Origin: a virus | Strand: one strand, 5' to 3' | IMG/VR virus record: IMGVR_UViG_3300009149_000020 | Span: 18,827-82,826 of that record | Length of the DNA: 64,000 nt | In this document: in pieces, positions 28,498 through 38,949 of the stretch | How positions within the stretch are numbered: the stretch's first letter is position 1 | Layout: every line of letters starts with the position of its first letter | Notes under the pieces: model-generated | Told to the model about the DNA's origin: nothing | Database searches by the model: none | Seen by the model: only the letters and a program-made list of their open reading frames with translations | Program-made: the position numbers and the translations under genes

Positions 28498-29325
28498 ATG
28501 CCTAAATTAACATTTTCAACAGATATGCAAAATCGCTTGCCTGAACTAATACGACGTTTAGACATCACACAGTTTCAACAGCATGCGGTTTATATTAGAG
28601 AGCGTTGTAATATTGCGTTTAAACGCCATGGCACCTTATGGCCTAATCTTTTATTTTATGCAGTGGAGCATCACGTAGCCTATGGGTCCCGTTATGGACG
28701 TAATGTTATGGAGGGGGTGGAATTAATCACGCTTTTAGTTGAGTGGGGCCATAACGTCAACTTAGCAAACAAGCGTGAAGGCGATAACTTAGCACATCGT
28801 ATATGCTACAATTCTGAGCATCCTGCAGCGGTACAAATATTAAAACTTTTAGCAAGGCATGGATTGGATCTTCATTTAAAAAATAAGATTGGTGCTACCC
28901 CTTTATCGAAAACCCTTACTTTTCAGCGCCCTAATCCAGATGTGCTTAGATTTTTATTAGACAAAGGCGCAGATGTAACAGTTATGATTAAACCGTATAA
29001 TAGGAATTTGCTTTATTATTTAATTAGGCATCATCAATATTCCTTTATTGATGAGTTTATTGAAAAAGGCTGTGACCTACTACACCAGGATAATAAAAAA
29101 CAGTTAGCAATTGAGGCATTACTAACTACAAATTACACTTTAGATAAATTGACCGTATTATTTACTATATTTCAACGAGTACCTGAAGCTGTGTTGAGAC
29201 GGTTCTGTTTTTCTGAGAACAAAAAACTTAGGGCTTTTTGTAGTCTTTTAATCCAACTTAGACAGCAAGTTAGGAACAGTGACGCAAGGGAGGAAAATCA
29301 AAATGAGAAAAGTGCTACATATTAA
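28498..29325 (+). CDS. Ankyrin-repeat protein with shared C-terminal motif
   Basis: GATPLS, FLLDKGADV; tail VPEAVLRRFCFSENKKLRAFC. Confidence 0.85.
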   Translation: MPKLTFSTDMQNRLPELIRRLDITQFQQHAVYIRERCNIAFKRHGTLWPNLLFYAVEHHVAYGSRYGRNVMEGVELITLLVEWGHNVNLANKREGDNLAHRICYNSEHPAAVQILKLLARHGLDLHLKNKIGATPLSKTLTFQRPNPDVLRFLLDKGADVTVMIKPYNRNLLYYLIRHHQYSFIDEFIEKGCDLLHQDNKKQLAIEALLTTNYTLDKLTVLFTIFQRVPEAVLRRFCFSENKKLRAFCSLLIQLRQQVRNSDAREENQNEKSATY

Positions 29326-29752
29326 AAACAAGCATGAAAGGAATGTAGATTTTGAAATAGAAAAGAAAGTTTTAATAGGTGTTAAAACTTTTAACTATTC
29401 AATTGCATTATTGTTTGAGGACAACGAAGCAATGGTTTTTTCTTATGGAGAGGTTCCTCCAGAAGATTCAGTATCTGGTCATGAAGAGTATTATTGGGAA
29501 TGTGAGGGTCCAAGAAGGCTTTTACATTTGGACGATATACAACATCATGGCCCACTTACACATGACATCGTGCGATGTAAAAAATTAGGGATAATTGTAG
29601 ATGATGATGAAATATTTGAAAAAATTAATAAACTAGAAGAAGCTTACAGAAAGAAAAAAGCAGTGGAGTGCAAACAAGCTAGGTACAAGCATTATCTAAC
29701 ACTAAAAAAGGAATTTGAGAATGAGGAAGTTTCGGAGGACACAAATGGGTAA
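29303..29752 (+). CDS. Hypothetical protein
   Basis: SD; C-terminal YLTLKKEFE common in phage proteins. Confidence 0.65.
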   Translation: MRKVLHIKNKHERNVDFEIEKKVLIGVKTFNYSIALLFEDNEAMVFSYGEVPPEDSVSGHEEYYWECEGPRRLLHLDDIQHHGPLTHDIVRCKKLGIIVDDDEIFEKINKLEEAYRKKKAVECKQARYKHYLTLKKEFENEEVSEDTNG

Positions 29753-29924
29753 ACTTAAATTTAGTGATGGTATTGAATTTGAGACTAGTGGTGCCTTTAG
29801 AGTAGAAACAAGACATGATGGTCATTATGTAGTTGGACGAGGTTTTTTAATACCTGTCATGTCAGAGGACGAAGGAAGAGAAAAGATTAAAGACTTAGTG
29901 AGGAAGGAGGTTAATAATGAGTAA
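29745..29924 (+). CDS. Small hypothetical protein
   Basis: GGAGG SD; LKFSDG..F.TSG..R..R.DG.YVVG. Confidence 0.6.
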   Translation: MGKLKFSDGIEFETSGAFRVETRHDGHYVVGRGFLIPVMSEDEGREKIKDLVRKEVNNE

Positions 29925-31032
29925 ATCTGCAGAAGTTCCAGCATTGGCTACATGCCCTCTTGTCCGGTTAGGCAGATTTACTGTAATGGAAACCGTTCAT
30001 ACGTTACGCACCGAAACGCAGTTTACAAGTATTGTTGCTAATCTGGCTAAGCTTAACATCTCTATTGATGACCCGTTTGTATGGACGTCATCACTTTATA
30101 CTTTCTTCCATGAAGGGCCTCGTCCCGTGACAAATCTATTAACAGAAGCTGTATCGTCAGGAAATGCTAGTTTTACACTATGGTTATTGAATCAAGGTAT
30201 TAAGCCTAGCATTTATAATACCAAAGGAATTGCCGAGCCATCGCATCTCCTATACAAATTGTTACGTGTTGCTGGCAGAAGAAGGACTTCCTTAGCCGCA
30301 CTTATACAAACGTATAAGTTTCTCCTTTCCAAATACAACTTTGATTTTCAAGCACTGGATGCTCCTTACGGTAACAAAAAGACATTGCTTCACACAGTAT
30401 GTGAAATCTCCACAACTCGAGAAAGAGAGCTTGAGGCTTTGATGCAGTTTTTAATTGAAGCAGGGGTTAACATTAATCAACAAGACTCCGGAGGAAATAC
30501 CTCATTGCACATAGCAGTAAATACGTCATTGTCTGCTACACGCACTCTATTAAAGTTTTCCCCTGAATTAAACATTTTTAATAACTCAGGACAAACACCT
30601 TTGTTAAAAGCATGTCAGCTCGGAAGTGACTTAATAGTACCTATACTGTTAGAGGCGGGTGCTGATGTTAATGCTAAACATAAAAAATCAGGAGCAACAC
30701 CTTTATCTATCGCCATAGGTAAAAGAAATTGGGAGATGTTTAATTGTTGTATGAAGGCGGGTGCTAATAGTGCGCAAGCCTTCGAAGGACCGGAAAGTCC
30801 TTTAAAAGAAATGTTTAGAAAGACACATAAGAACACGCCTTATGGAGCGACATGTGCTTTTCTTGATTTGATTGCTGCCCTCCCTGTTGAAATGTTATCA
30901 GTAATGTGTTTTGCTAAAGATACTAAAACGAGTACATTAGCAAAAAAGATGCTTGTGTTAAAACAACGTTTTACAGAGCACGACGCAGCAAAAGCTACAA
31001 AGGAGGATGTCGATGGATTGGCAACCACGTGA
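29917..31032 (+). CDS. Ankyrin-repeat protein with shared C-terminal motif
   Basis: GNTSLHIA, GQTPLLKA, LLEAGADVN, GATPLSIA; tail LPVEMLSVMCFAKDTKTSTLA. Confidence 0.9.
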   Translation: MSKSAEVPALATCPLVRLGRFTVMETVHTLRTETQFTSIVANLAKLNISIDDPFVWTSSLYTFFHEGPRPVTNLLTEAVSSGNASFTLWLLNQGIKPSIYNTKGIAEPSHLLYKLLRVAGRRRTSLAALIQTYKFLLSKYNFDFQALDAPYGNKKTLLHTVCEISTTRERELEALMQFLIEAGVNINQQDSGGNTSLHIAVNTSLSATRTLLKFSPELNIFNNSGQTPLLKACQLGSDLIVPILLEAGADVNAKHKKSGATPLSIAIGKRNWEMFNCCMKAGANSAQAFEGPESPLKEMFRKTHKNTPYGATCAFLDLIAALPVEMLSVMCFAKDTKTSTLAKKMLVLKQRFTEHDAAKATKEDVDGLATT

Positions 31033-32137
31033 GAAGGACATAAAACTTGCATGTAAAGTAGAGTATACACATGGTGATGGAACAGTACAAACCAAGGATC
31101 TTGCTACCTTTATAAGTTGTGGAATACGTTCGTGCTTAGCACCTCAAGGACTTGAGAAGCTCCTCACTGTATTAAAAGCGCTTGATGTTACAGATGATAC
31201 ACTTAGTTTATGCTATGTTCAACACTATGGTTACATGCCGCTCTTTCAAGTTCTTATAAGGTCAAATGATCCTTTCACTATTGACTTTTTTGTAAGAAAG
31301 GAAACAATTAACCTTGATGATTATCCTGACCTTATTGAGGATATAGGTCGGAATTACACTAACTGGTATCATGAGCATACTCCTACTGCGCCTGTGCCTA
31401 CGCTACTGTCCATATTTAAGTATGTAATAGATGAAAGAAAGCATATTAGCTTTGCTACTAAGAAAAGCAAACCAAAGAAGCTACTTGAGCGGTTGTTAAA
31501 CTGTACTTATCGTTTACGATTAACGCGTGATGAATGGGTTGAATTATTTGACTATTTTGAAACAAAAGGTTATCCTTTTGATAAAAAGAATTCATCGGGA
31601 ACAACACCACTCATGGTTGCATGCGAGGCTAGCAATATAGAGGCAGTCGCAGCACTTATCACAAAAGGAGCTAATGTTAACAATGTTAATAGTTCAGGAT
31701 TGACACCGTTGTTAAAAGCTGTAAAAGTAGATAATCTTACTACAGTTGGGATGCTTCTTGAAGCAGGCGCTGACATAGATAAGACACAAAAAAATTCAGG
31801 AAAGTCTGCTCTTGAACTAGCAGTGACTTCAGGCAATACTGAAATGGTTAAGTTGCTTAAACGTTCCGGTGCTAACATGCTTGTAGCTTGTGAAGGAAAA
31901 AATAATCCGTTTTTTATTAAATCTGATACTTATGGAAAGATTGATTTTGATAAAATACTCAGTTTACTTGAACTTGCAGCAGACTCCCCTGAAGGGTTGT
32001 TAACCGCAATGCTTTTTGCTATTCCTGCTAAAAATAAGGAAGCACGCGATCTTCTTGAAAAGATTTTAAAGATTAAAAATAGCAACAAGCAAGCTAAGGA
32101 GGATACTAATGAGGAAGGCAGTGAGGTGGATGTGTGA
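31013..32137 (+). CDS. Ankyrin-repeat protein with shared C-terminal motif
   Basis: GTTPLMVA, GLTPLLKA, GKSALELA; tail SPEGLLTAMLFAIPAKNKEARDLL. Confidence 0.9.
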   Translation: MDWQPREKDIKLACKVEYTHGDGTVQTKDLATFISCGIRSCLAPQGLEKLLTVLKALDVTDDTLSLCYVQHYGYMPLFQVLIRSNDPFTIDFFVRKETINLDDYPDLIEDIGRNYTNWYHEHTPTAPVPTLLSIFKYVIDERKHISFATKKSKPKKLLERLLNCTYRLRLTRDEWVELFDYFETKGYPFDKKNSSGTTPLMVACEASNIEAVAALITKGANVNNVNSSGLTPLLKAVKVDNLTTVGMLLEAGADIDKTQKNSGKSALELAVTSGNTEMVKLLKRSGANMLVACEGKNNPFFIKSDTYGKIDFDKILSLLELAADSPEGLLTAMLFAIPAKNKEARDLLEKILKIKNSNKQAKEDTNEEGSEVDV

Positions 32138-32717
32138 AAAATGTAAGCAGGAGTTTAGGACTGCCTGTGAGTGTAATACACATGAACTAACATGTGAGGA
32201 GACTCCTGTTGAGTCAGTCCTCGCATCAAAACTTTTGGACATAGAGGATGCTAGAGGTTCGGGAATCATAGGAAGTGTTATTCCTTATGATCTGATTTTA
32301 ACCGTAATTGCAACAAGATCTAACGCTCTATATTTTTGTGCGCGGGTAGATGAAATAGCCACATCTTGTGATAAAAAGCCTATGCGAGCATATCAAGAAG
32401 TTTATGTTGAAACAACCGTAGAGGAAATTAGGCAGCTTAACAAAGGTGAAATCTCCTTTTCGTCTATTGTTATGCATCCTAGGAATTCAATAATAATTAT
32501 GGAGGAGTCTACAGCACACGATGTAGCAAGCATACATGCTCCTGAAAAGTCAGAACAGCTTCCATTTATTACAACTATTTTAAGTTTTCCTAGAGAGTAT
32601 TTTGGGAGTGAGTTTGATCTTGATAATTATGTTGATAAAGATGACATAGGTTTTATAAACGAGACGTTTGAGGATAAGCTTGCGAATATTGAAAGGAGGA
32701 TCAATGCCGACAGCTAA
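32109..32717 (+). CDS. Hypothetical protein with N-terminal zinc finger
   Basis: CEKC..F....C..HE..C. Confidence 0.65.
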   Translation: MRKAVRWMCEKCKQEFRTACECNTHELTCEETPVESVLASKLLDIEDARGSGIIGSVIPYDLILTVIATRSNALYFCARVDEIATSCDKKPMRAYQEVYVETTVEEIRQLNKGEISFSSIVMHPRNSIIIMEESTAHDVASIHAPEKSEQLPFITTILSFPREYFGSEFDLDNYVDKDDIGFINETFEDKLANIERRINADS

Positions 32718-33357
32718 AAAAGATTTAAAAGAAGGATACATTTATAGAGTGAGAACAAGAAGCATGGGAATGGCGGCTGTATGGACAGGTGTATCCTTTT
32801 TAGGTGTTAGGGAGAAATTTGGAGCTATTTTCTTGTTCGAGGAATTTTGTTACGAGGACGGGCCTCCTTTTGGAACAGTTACCTGTCATGAAGAAATCAG
32901 AAAATGTGAAGCTCCTTTACGTGTGGATGATAAATGGAACAAGGCTTTAATTAAAATTATTGAGGATGTACACGATAGTCTTAAATCCAGAGATTATGTT
33001 AGAACACAGAATATGTTATATAGATGGACAGAAGATGCAATAGGATATGTTATGGATTCTAACGAAGCTTTGTGGGCTTATGGAGGTAGAGTTTTATCAA
33101 ACCTTTTAGATACTGGTCCTGTTTGTATAGAAGATTATCCTGGCAAGGTAGCAGAGACTATTAAACAAACACGAGTATTTTATAACATGTCTGTTCAAGA
33201 GTTAGCAGAAAAAACTGGGTTAGCAGAAGCTGTTATCTCTGACATTGAAAACCCTAAAAAGGTTAATGATATCCATGATATAGCTAAAGTCTGCGCAGAA
33301 CTAAATCTCAATGTTCTTACAATAGGTATAGCGACTACAAAAGGAGAGGTAACATGA
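32704..33357 (+). CDS. Protein with C-terminal XRE HTH
   Basis: MSVQELAEKTGLAEAVISDIEN. Confidence 0.75.
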   Translation: MPTAKKDLKEGYIYRVRTRSMGMAAVWTGVSFLGVREKFGAIFLFEEFCYEDGPPFGTVTCHEEIRKCEAPLRVDDKWNKALIKIIEDVHDSLKSRDYVRTQNMLYRWTEDAIGYVMDSNEALWAYGGRVLSNLLDTGPVCIEDYPGKVAETIKQTRVFYNMSVQELAEKTGLAEAVISDIENPKKVNDIHDIAKVCAELNLNVLTIGIATTKGEVT

Positions 33358-34223
33358 GTAAAAAAGAAAAGCAACCACAAGTAAAAGAATTAACAAAGGA
33401 ACAGCAAGCATTGTTCTTTGATTTGCCTGCAAGTACAAAAAGTGCGTTTCTTAGAAGGATGATTTATAGTGCACTTGGTAGAAAGGATATCATAGCACTT
33501 AAAGAACTTGCATCGTTAGCTGATACATTAGGGTCTAATGTTTTTACACACGCTTCCACTTTAAAAGAAATAGGACTCAGAGCCTCTTATGAAACTATAC
33601 GTTTTTTAATGGAGCATCCTTTTATACAAAAAAATATTAAGAAGGGTAACGCTTTTCCTTTATTAAAAGGAGTGTGTATTTCAAAGGATACTGAATCACT
33701 ACATTATTTTGTTGATCACCCTGAACATCCTGTGACACAATTAATTAAGGAAGCAGGTGTAGGTAATCGTATGTTTGCAAGCTATAATGACGAGCACAGT
33801 CCTATAATTGTGGCAGCTAGAGAAAAAGATCTGCATCTTATCAAAAAAATTATTGCAATGTATCCTCCAAATTCTAGATTCTCTCTTGAAGAAAAAAGTA
33901 CAATTGTTTTAGACTACTTACGTAGTGCACTCAGTCCTTTGTCAACTGGTCTCACTTCTAAAAAAAAGCAGCAAGTGAAATCGGAGTGTCTTCGTATTGT
34001 TGACGAGATACTTTCTACAATGCATATAGAATTTGAAGAAATTGTAGCCCCTAAATATCATCCACTTACACACTGGATGCTTCCTTTTGTAGGCGAATTT
34101 ATTTTTAAAGAAAAGCATTTAGGTATGTTAGCAATGCGTAAAGATTGGCAAGGTGAGGTTGCTAGAGAGCTATTAGCTAAAAAAGAGGAGAAGACTAATG
34201 AAAATCAGAACAGGCTTTATTAG
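33354..34223 (+). CDS. Helical (degenerate ankyrin-like) protein with shared C-terminal motif
   Basis: Paralogue of 21564/35494; tail KEKHLGMLAMRKDWQGEVARELL. Confidence 0.7.
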   Translation: MSKKEKQPQVKELTKEQQALFFDLPASTKSAFLRRMIYSALGRKDIIALKELASLADTLGSNVFTHASTLKEIGLRASYETIRFLMEHPFIQKNIKKGNAFPLLKGVCISKDTESLHYFVDHPEHPVTQLIKEAGVGNRMFASYNDEHSPIIVAAREKDLHLIKKIIAMYPPNSRFSLEEKSTIVLDYLRSALSPLSTGLTSKKKQQVKSECLRIVDEILSTMHIEFEEIVAPKYHPLTHWMLPFVGEFIFKEKHLGMLAMRKDWQGEVARELLAKKEEKTNENQNRLY

Positions 34224-34713
34224 TAACAGTTCGAGCAGTTCTTTCATTGTAGGAATAGGTATGCATCTATTAGATGACATAAAAGATATGGAAAAATTAA
34301 AGTACATGCTTTGTGTAGAAGACTGGACAGAAGTTAATCCTTATAACGAGCCTGGAGAAGGTTTACCTATAGACGAAGCTATTTCTATTTTACAAAATGA
34401 CTTAGCGGAGGCTAAAGACGCAACTGAAGAAGAAATAATTGAATTATTATCGCGCAGTTACACATTGCAGTTGTATGTTGCTGACAGTAATAACCTAGGT
34501 TTAGAGGATACACGAGAACAGCATGCTGCGCGCATTGCTAAAATACGCAAGGATTCTTTAGAGCTTGCTAAAAACTATTGGAATAACTACAAGAAAGATA
34601 ACACAAAGTATTTTATTCTTGACTATGCTGACGACGAAGATGCATGTATGGAACACGGCGGGTTACTTGAGCAAGGTGCAGGTGTTAGCTGTATTAGAAT
34701 TTCGAATCATTAA
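34198..34713 (+). CDS. Large-phage family protein with MKIRxGFxSNSSSSSF N-terminus
   Basis: Starts MKIRTGFISNSSSSSFIV. Confidence 0.8.
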   Translation: MKIRTGFISNSSSSSFIVGIGMHLLDDIKDMEKLKYMLCVEDWTEVNPYNEPGEGLPIDEAISILQNDLAEAKDATEEEIIELLSRSYTLQLYVADSNNLGLEDTREQHAARIAKIRKDSLELAKNYWNNYKKDNTKYFILDYADDEDACMEHGGLLEQGAGVSCIRISNH

Positions 34714-34727
34714 GTGAGGAGAAGATA

Positions 34728-35069
34728 ATGAGCAAGGATGATGTATGTACCCCACTAGCTGATTTAGATAGAGTTGAATTCGTAGATAAATTTAAAAAAG
34801 AACTATGCCATAAATGTAGAAGTAACGCAGTTGTTTATTTATTACGTGAAAGAGATAAGGGCTTTATTGCTGGTAAAGGAAAAGGAAAGCGAGAGGGTAA
34901 GCAAAAAATCCTCAATGCTATAGCGATCCCTCTAGCTGAGTTAATTCTTAAGCACGAAGGATTACTTGGACAGTTATTGCTTGATCCTGATATGACTGAT
35001 GAAGTTAAATATTTTCTACTCGAACAAAAAAAGTTTTATGACAAGTATCTAAAAAATGTTGTCAAATAG
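34728..35069 (+). CDS. Small protein with shared C-terminal motif
   Basis: Tail HEGLLGQLLLDPDMTDEVKYFLL. Confidence 0.6.
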   Translation: MSKDDVCTPLADLDRVEFVDKFKKELCHKCRSNAVVYLLRERDKGFIAGKGKGKREGKQKILNAIAIPLAELILKHEGLLGQLLLDPDMTDEVKYFLLEQKKFYDKYLKNVVK

Positions 35070-35077
35070 GAGTTAGT

Positions 35078-35485
35078 ATGATTACAAAAAGTATTGATTC
35101 TTGCTTTGAGTTTGAATGGACTCCTTTGTATGTTCAAGACGTTTCCACTATTGAAGTAGACCAGAATGAATTAACAGACATGTTAAATTTATGGAATAAT
35201 CATAATAAACATTCTATACCTTACGACCAACATCCTACAGTCTTAGTTACTTGTGATATATTTGCACCAGTAGTGTCAGATAGTGATTTGGACGACATTT
35301 TAGAAGTTATGTGTACATGTGAAAGTTTTATGTTTTTTGTAATAACAGCTGCGAAAGACATAAAAGAAGTTGACAACAAAATAATGAAGTCTGATGTTAC
35401 CAGCAGGTACTTAGGTGGCGGAGATTATTTAGTGAATTTAAATGTATTGTTTATAGCACGACACCGAGATATAGTAGTTGCATAG
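35078..35485 (+). CDS. Hypothetical protein, distant resemblance to part of Gp37/Gp68 (DUF5131)
   Basis: DIFAPVVSDSDLDDILEVM...FFVIT resembles DLFH..V.D..I..VF.VM...FQILT. Confidence 0.4.
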   Translation: MITKSIDSCFEFEWTPLYVQDVSTIEVDQNELTDMLNLWNNHNKHSIPYDQHPTVLVTCDIFAPVVSDSDLDDILEVMCTCESFMFFVITAAKDIKEVDNKIMKSDVTSRYLGGGDYLVNLNVLFIARHRDIVVA

Positions 35486-35493
35486 GAGAGTTT

Positions 35494-36366
35494 ATGGCAT
35501 ATATTAGTTTCAAAAAACCTAGCACAAAAAAGCATCGACCTAATCTTAAAAGTAAAGATTTAAAAGTGCTTAATCACGATACAATTAAACCTTGGATACA
35601 AAAGCATTTATATGCGTCTGCGTTAGGGTATGTTAAGAGTCGCTCGAGGGTGAAGGAAGAGTATCCTTCTAAAGCTACAGATTTGTTTATGCTTTTAAGA
35701 ACGCTAAAGATTCCTATTAGAGGAAGACTTCTTTTTGCCATTGGAGAAAGAGGCACAGTACAGTTTATAAGCTGGTTTATTGATGAGATGCAAAACGGGA
35801 AACTTTCACACTCGTCAGCCTATCGTATATTAATGGGAATGGTTTACAGTGGAAGGCGTGATGAAATCGCATACTTACTTAAAAAATATATACATCTTTT
35901 TAAACCTGTATTACACAAACCTTGGAATCAGCACGCTGATGGAGCTATGGGTAACTCCATTTTTTCAGCCCTAACTAATGTAAATGGAGGATATCACCCT
36001 GATATTAGGGACATCCTAAAAGAAGCGTTTAAAGGTGAAAATATTCCCGAACTATTTCCTAAAAACACTTTCCTAGAGTTACTAACGTATCGGAAGGTTA
36101 AGTGTGCTTTAGTAATACTTGATGTATTAAGCATTAACCCCTTTGTAGACATACCCTCTAAATACTTTGAATTAGAAGGAAGAGGGAGTAACAACTTTGT
36201 AGGTTATGAAAAAGAACTAACTAATGTACTATGCCAGTATATAGTTAACAATTGTGATGAATCTGAAGCAAGTATGTTATGTTTTCATAAAAATACAATA
36301 ATAAAACAGGCTGCTTCTAACGCTCTACTACTTATCAGTAAAGGAGAAAATAATGGAGACGTTTAA
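35494..36366 (+). CDS. Helical protein with shared C-terminal motif
   Basis: Paralogue of 21564/33354; tail DESEASMLCFHKNTIIKQAA. Confidence 0.7.
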   Translation: MAYISFKKPSTKKHRPNLKSKDLKVLNHDTIKPWIQKHLYASALGYVKSRSRVKEEYPSKATDLFMLLRTLKIPIRGRLLFAIGERGTVQFISWFIDEMQNGKLSHSSAYRILMGMVYSGRRDEIAYLLKKYIHLFKPVLHKPWNQHADGAMGNSIFSALTNVNGGYHPDIRDILKEAFKGENIPELFPKNTFLELLTYRKVKCALVILDVLSINPFVDIPSKYFELEGRGSNNFVGYEKELTNVLCQYIVNNCDESEASMLCFHKNTIIKQAASNALLLISKGENNGDV

Positions 36367-37021
36367 AGTTCATACTAGCTCTTATAAACTTGCTAAACTT
36401 GGAAATTTTTTATCATACTTCGATTGTCCTTTTCCTCCAAGAATAAGTGATGGCGCAACATTGTTAGGGGCCATCCTCGAATTAATGAAAAGAGGGGCAA
36501 CTGTTGAATTACCTGAAACATTTAAAACTTCTAAGGATTGGTGGGATAGAGCGGCTTATTGTTTAACAACAGGAAAGGAGCTTCCAAATGACACATCTAA
36601 GTTAGTGAGGTGCGCTTACTTAATGACTTGTCCTGAAGTAGAAGAAGCCAAGCATAATTCTTACGAAGTAATTAGAGCATTATACTATACAGCAAATAAT
36701 TGGACAGACCCTGATTGGTTGTTGGATGACTCTGCTAAGATACGTAGACAAGGTGCTGTATTGAGCCCAAGCGTTGACTTTACCCAAGAGAGTGTAACAA
36801 CAGCATATATCGCTTTACTTAATGATATTCTTCAAACTACACATGCTAAACGTTTAACTAGTAAAAATGACTTTAACATTTTACGAACATTACAAAAGCT
36901 GGAGAAAGCTATACTTTCGCGTTTACTACTTGAGAATGACAAAATTATACACCCACGTTTTAAAAAAGTTATTAAAGACATTCTTGACGAAGTACCAGTT
37001 GAAAAGATTTTTGGAGGGTAA
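36353..37021 (+). CDS. Hypothetical protein with shared C-terminal motif
   Basis: Tail LEKAILSRLLLENDKIIHPRFKKVI. Confidence 0.65.
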   Translation: METFKVHTSSYKLAKLGNFLSYFDCPFPPRISDGATLLGAILELMKRGATVELPETFKTSKDWWDRAAYCLTTGKELPNDTSKLVRCAYLMTCPEVEEAKHNSYEVIRALYYTANNWTDPDWLLDDSAKIRRQGAVLSPSVDFTQESVTTAYIALLNDILQTTHAKRLTSKNDFNILRTLQKLEKAILSRLLLENDKIIHPRFKKVIKDILDEVPVEKIFGG

Positions 37022-37025
37022 GCGT

Positions 37026-37850
37026 ATGGGATGGTTAACCGGAAAGGGTACCGAAGTAGAGAAAAAGGAAAAAACAGAAGATGTGTTTGACTATAAGATT
37101 AAAAGAGATTCAGACAATTATGTTAACGTTAAACACTATAGGCAAAAGTATTCGCTTAATTATCGAGATAGGTTTGAGTATTATGCTAATGTAACGGACT
37201 GGAAGGACGAAGACGCAAGAGACGATCCTGCAGAAACAGTCAGACGTACTTACTATGATACGTGTGCTTGGAAGGATGCTTATGCAAAAAAAGATGAGTC
37301 TGTAACTATTAGATATACTTATTACAAAAATAATAAATGGAAGGACGCTGATGCAAAAAAAGATGAAAATGCAGATATACGTATTTCCTACTATGATGCT
37401 CATAACTGGTCTGACTTTGATTGGTATACGGAGACAAACTTATCTGTTATAAACAAAGGTTTTAGCTCCTGCCAGTCATTCTTAATAAACGACGACTTTA
37501 TACAATGCTTAGAACTAGTTCTTGTACAGCCACCACCTTATTCTCAGATCGCAGTATGGTTAGGCCCCTTTGACCTATATTCTTTATTTAAACTAGTATC
37601 TAGGTTATCTGAAGCACTATGTTCTAGATTATTATTTGCTCAGTTGCAAGACGCAACTCGAGAGCTTATTGGATTTTTTATGACAATTAAGAATGATGAT
37701 AAAAAATTTGTACAGTTCTGGCAGATCATTATAGAAGCTAATGATGATCATCCATCTTTAAAGTGTACCTCACTAGCTACAGCTGTAGCAGAATGTACTG
37801 TCGCAGATTTAGAAGAGACGGAGGAAGTGATTGAAGAAACCGAAATATAG
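37026..37850 (+). CDS. 23-aa repeat (WxDxxAxxD...IRxxYY) protein with shared C-terminal motif
   Basis: WKDEDARDD..VRRTYY, WKDAYAKKD..IRYTYY, WKDADAKKD..IRISYY; LSEALCSRLLFAQLQDATRELI. Confidence 0.75.
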   Translation: MGWLTGKGTEVEKKEKTEDVFDYKIKRDSDNYVNVKHYRQKYSLNYRDRFEYYANVTDWKDEDARDDPAETVRRTYYDTCAWKDAYAKKDESVTIRYTYYKNNKWKDADAKKDENADIRISYYDAHNWSDFDWYTETNLSVINKGFSSCQSFLINDDFIQCLELVLVQPPPYSQIAVWLGPFDLYSLFKLVSRLSEALCSRLLFAQLQDATRELIGFFMTIKNDDKKFVQFWQIIIEANDDHPSLKCTSLATAVAECTVADLEETEEVIEETEI

Positions 37851-38088
37851 AGTCAAACATATTCTTAAGATAACCAAAACTTTGAAGTATGAAAAAGTTG
37901 TTACACTGGATGAAGGTATTGCTAGAGTATTAACATTAGTCGGAAAAGATTATGGAACGGCTTCTGTAGTTAGAGCCAACATTGATTTAGAATTATTAAA
38001 TGAGCAAGGTAAATGGCAATCGTGGGTTGATGACAATGGTCATGATATTATCGATATATTAAATGTTGAGGTATTTGAGAATGTATAA
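37831..38088 (+). CDS. Hypothetical protein
   Basis: TTG start, 85 aa. Confidence 0.55.
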   Translation: MKKPKYRVKHILKITKTLKYEKVVTLDEGIARVLTLVGKDYGTASVVRANIDLELLNEQGKWQSWVDDNGHDIIDILNVEVFENV

Positions 38089-38097
38089 GGAGGTTAA

Positions 38098-38949
38098 ATG
38101 ACCACTGAAGAAAACGCAAAGTTTTTGAAAACATTTATAGAGAAAATAGATTATACTGTCATAAATGGCGCCACTTTACGCATAATGACATCTGGCTTAC
38201 TAGCACTAAAAGCAGCAAGAAACCTTACGAAGGTTACGGTAAGATCTAATTGCCTAGTTTCACGTAACTGGCAGTACTCTACCATATTTATAAATATGTT
38301 TGATGCTATTACATGTGATTGTACTAAAGAGGATGAGCAAAAGTATTTAAAGAATTTAGACATAAGCGTAAGACTTTGCTATTATGCAAATGCACAAAAT
38401 ATTAAATTGATGTTTGAGGATCATTGTGTAGATGTTAGGAGAATAGGGTATGAGTTAGCAATGTATCCAGAGGAGATGAAAAAAGATAGAGCGACTAGTA
38501 TTCGCCGTGGGTATTATAAGTATCATCATATGGGATATCATTTAGATATGAAACATGATACGCATTATGAGGTAAAGAGACAATATTACAAACATAACGC
38601 TTATCAAGATATAGATTGGATCATCGATCCTCACAGTCAAATTTTTTGCAATGGTTTTAATAATGCGTTGGATGGTAATCGTTTGTCCGATGACCAAGTA
38701 GCAGCGCTTAAAGCATCATTAACTAAGCGGCATATAAAAAGATTTTTTGAAAGAATCATAAACCTTAATTATTATAGTCAACGATTCACTAGTAATAATG
38801 TGGGTAAACAGCAACTTCTTAGTATCATGTATGATTTAGCGCCAACACTATTTGTGCGTACTGTATTTTCATTAAAGGACGCAGAAGCACGAAAGGCCTG
38901 GCAATCAATAGTTCATGAGAAAGAAAGGAGGAACGTATGCAAGAAGTAG
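38098..38949 (+). CDS. D...VRxxYY repeat protein with shared C-terminal motif
   Basis: Repeats DISVRLCYY, DRATSIRRGYY, DTHYEVKRQYY; tail APTLFVRTVFSLKDAEARKAW. Confidence 0.7.
   Translation: MTTEENAKFLKTFIEKIDYTVINGATLRIMTSGLLALKAARNLTKVTVRSNCLVSRNWQYSTIFINMFDAITCDCTKEDEQKYLKNLDISVRLCYYANAQNIKLMFEDHCVDVRRIGYELAMYPEEMKKDRATSIRRGYYKYHHMGYHLDMKHDTHYEVKRQYYKHNAYQDIDWIIDPHSQIFCNGFNNALDGNRLSDDQVAALKASLTKRHIKRFFERIINLNYYSQRFTSNNVGKQQLLSIMYDLAPTLFVRTVFSLKDAEARKAWQSIVHEKERRNVCKK

Noticed and set aside
1442-32137. Eukaryotic giant-virus or endosymbiont origin suggested by many ankyrin genes; tail being an F-box/SOCS box
   Set aside because: SD sites, sigma70 promoters, bacterial-type RNAP and CCA-encoding tRNAs indicate a bacteriophage; the tail lacks F-box LP and BC-box SLxxLC consensus, so the analogy is architectural only
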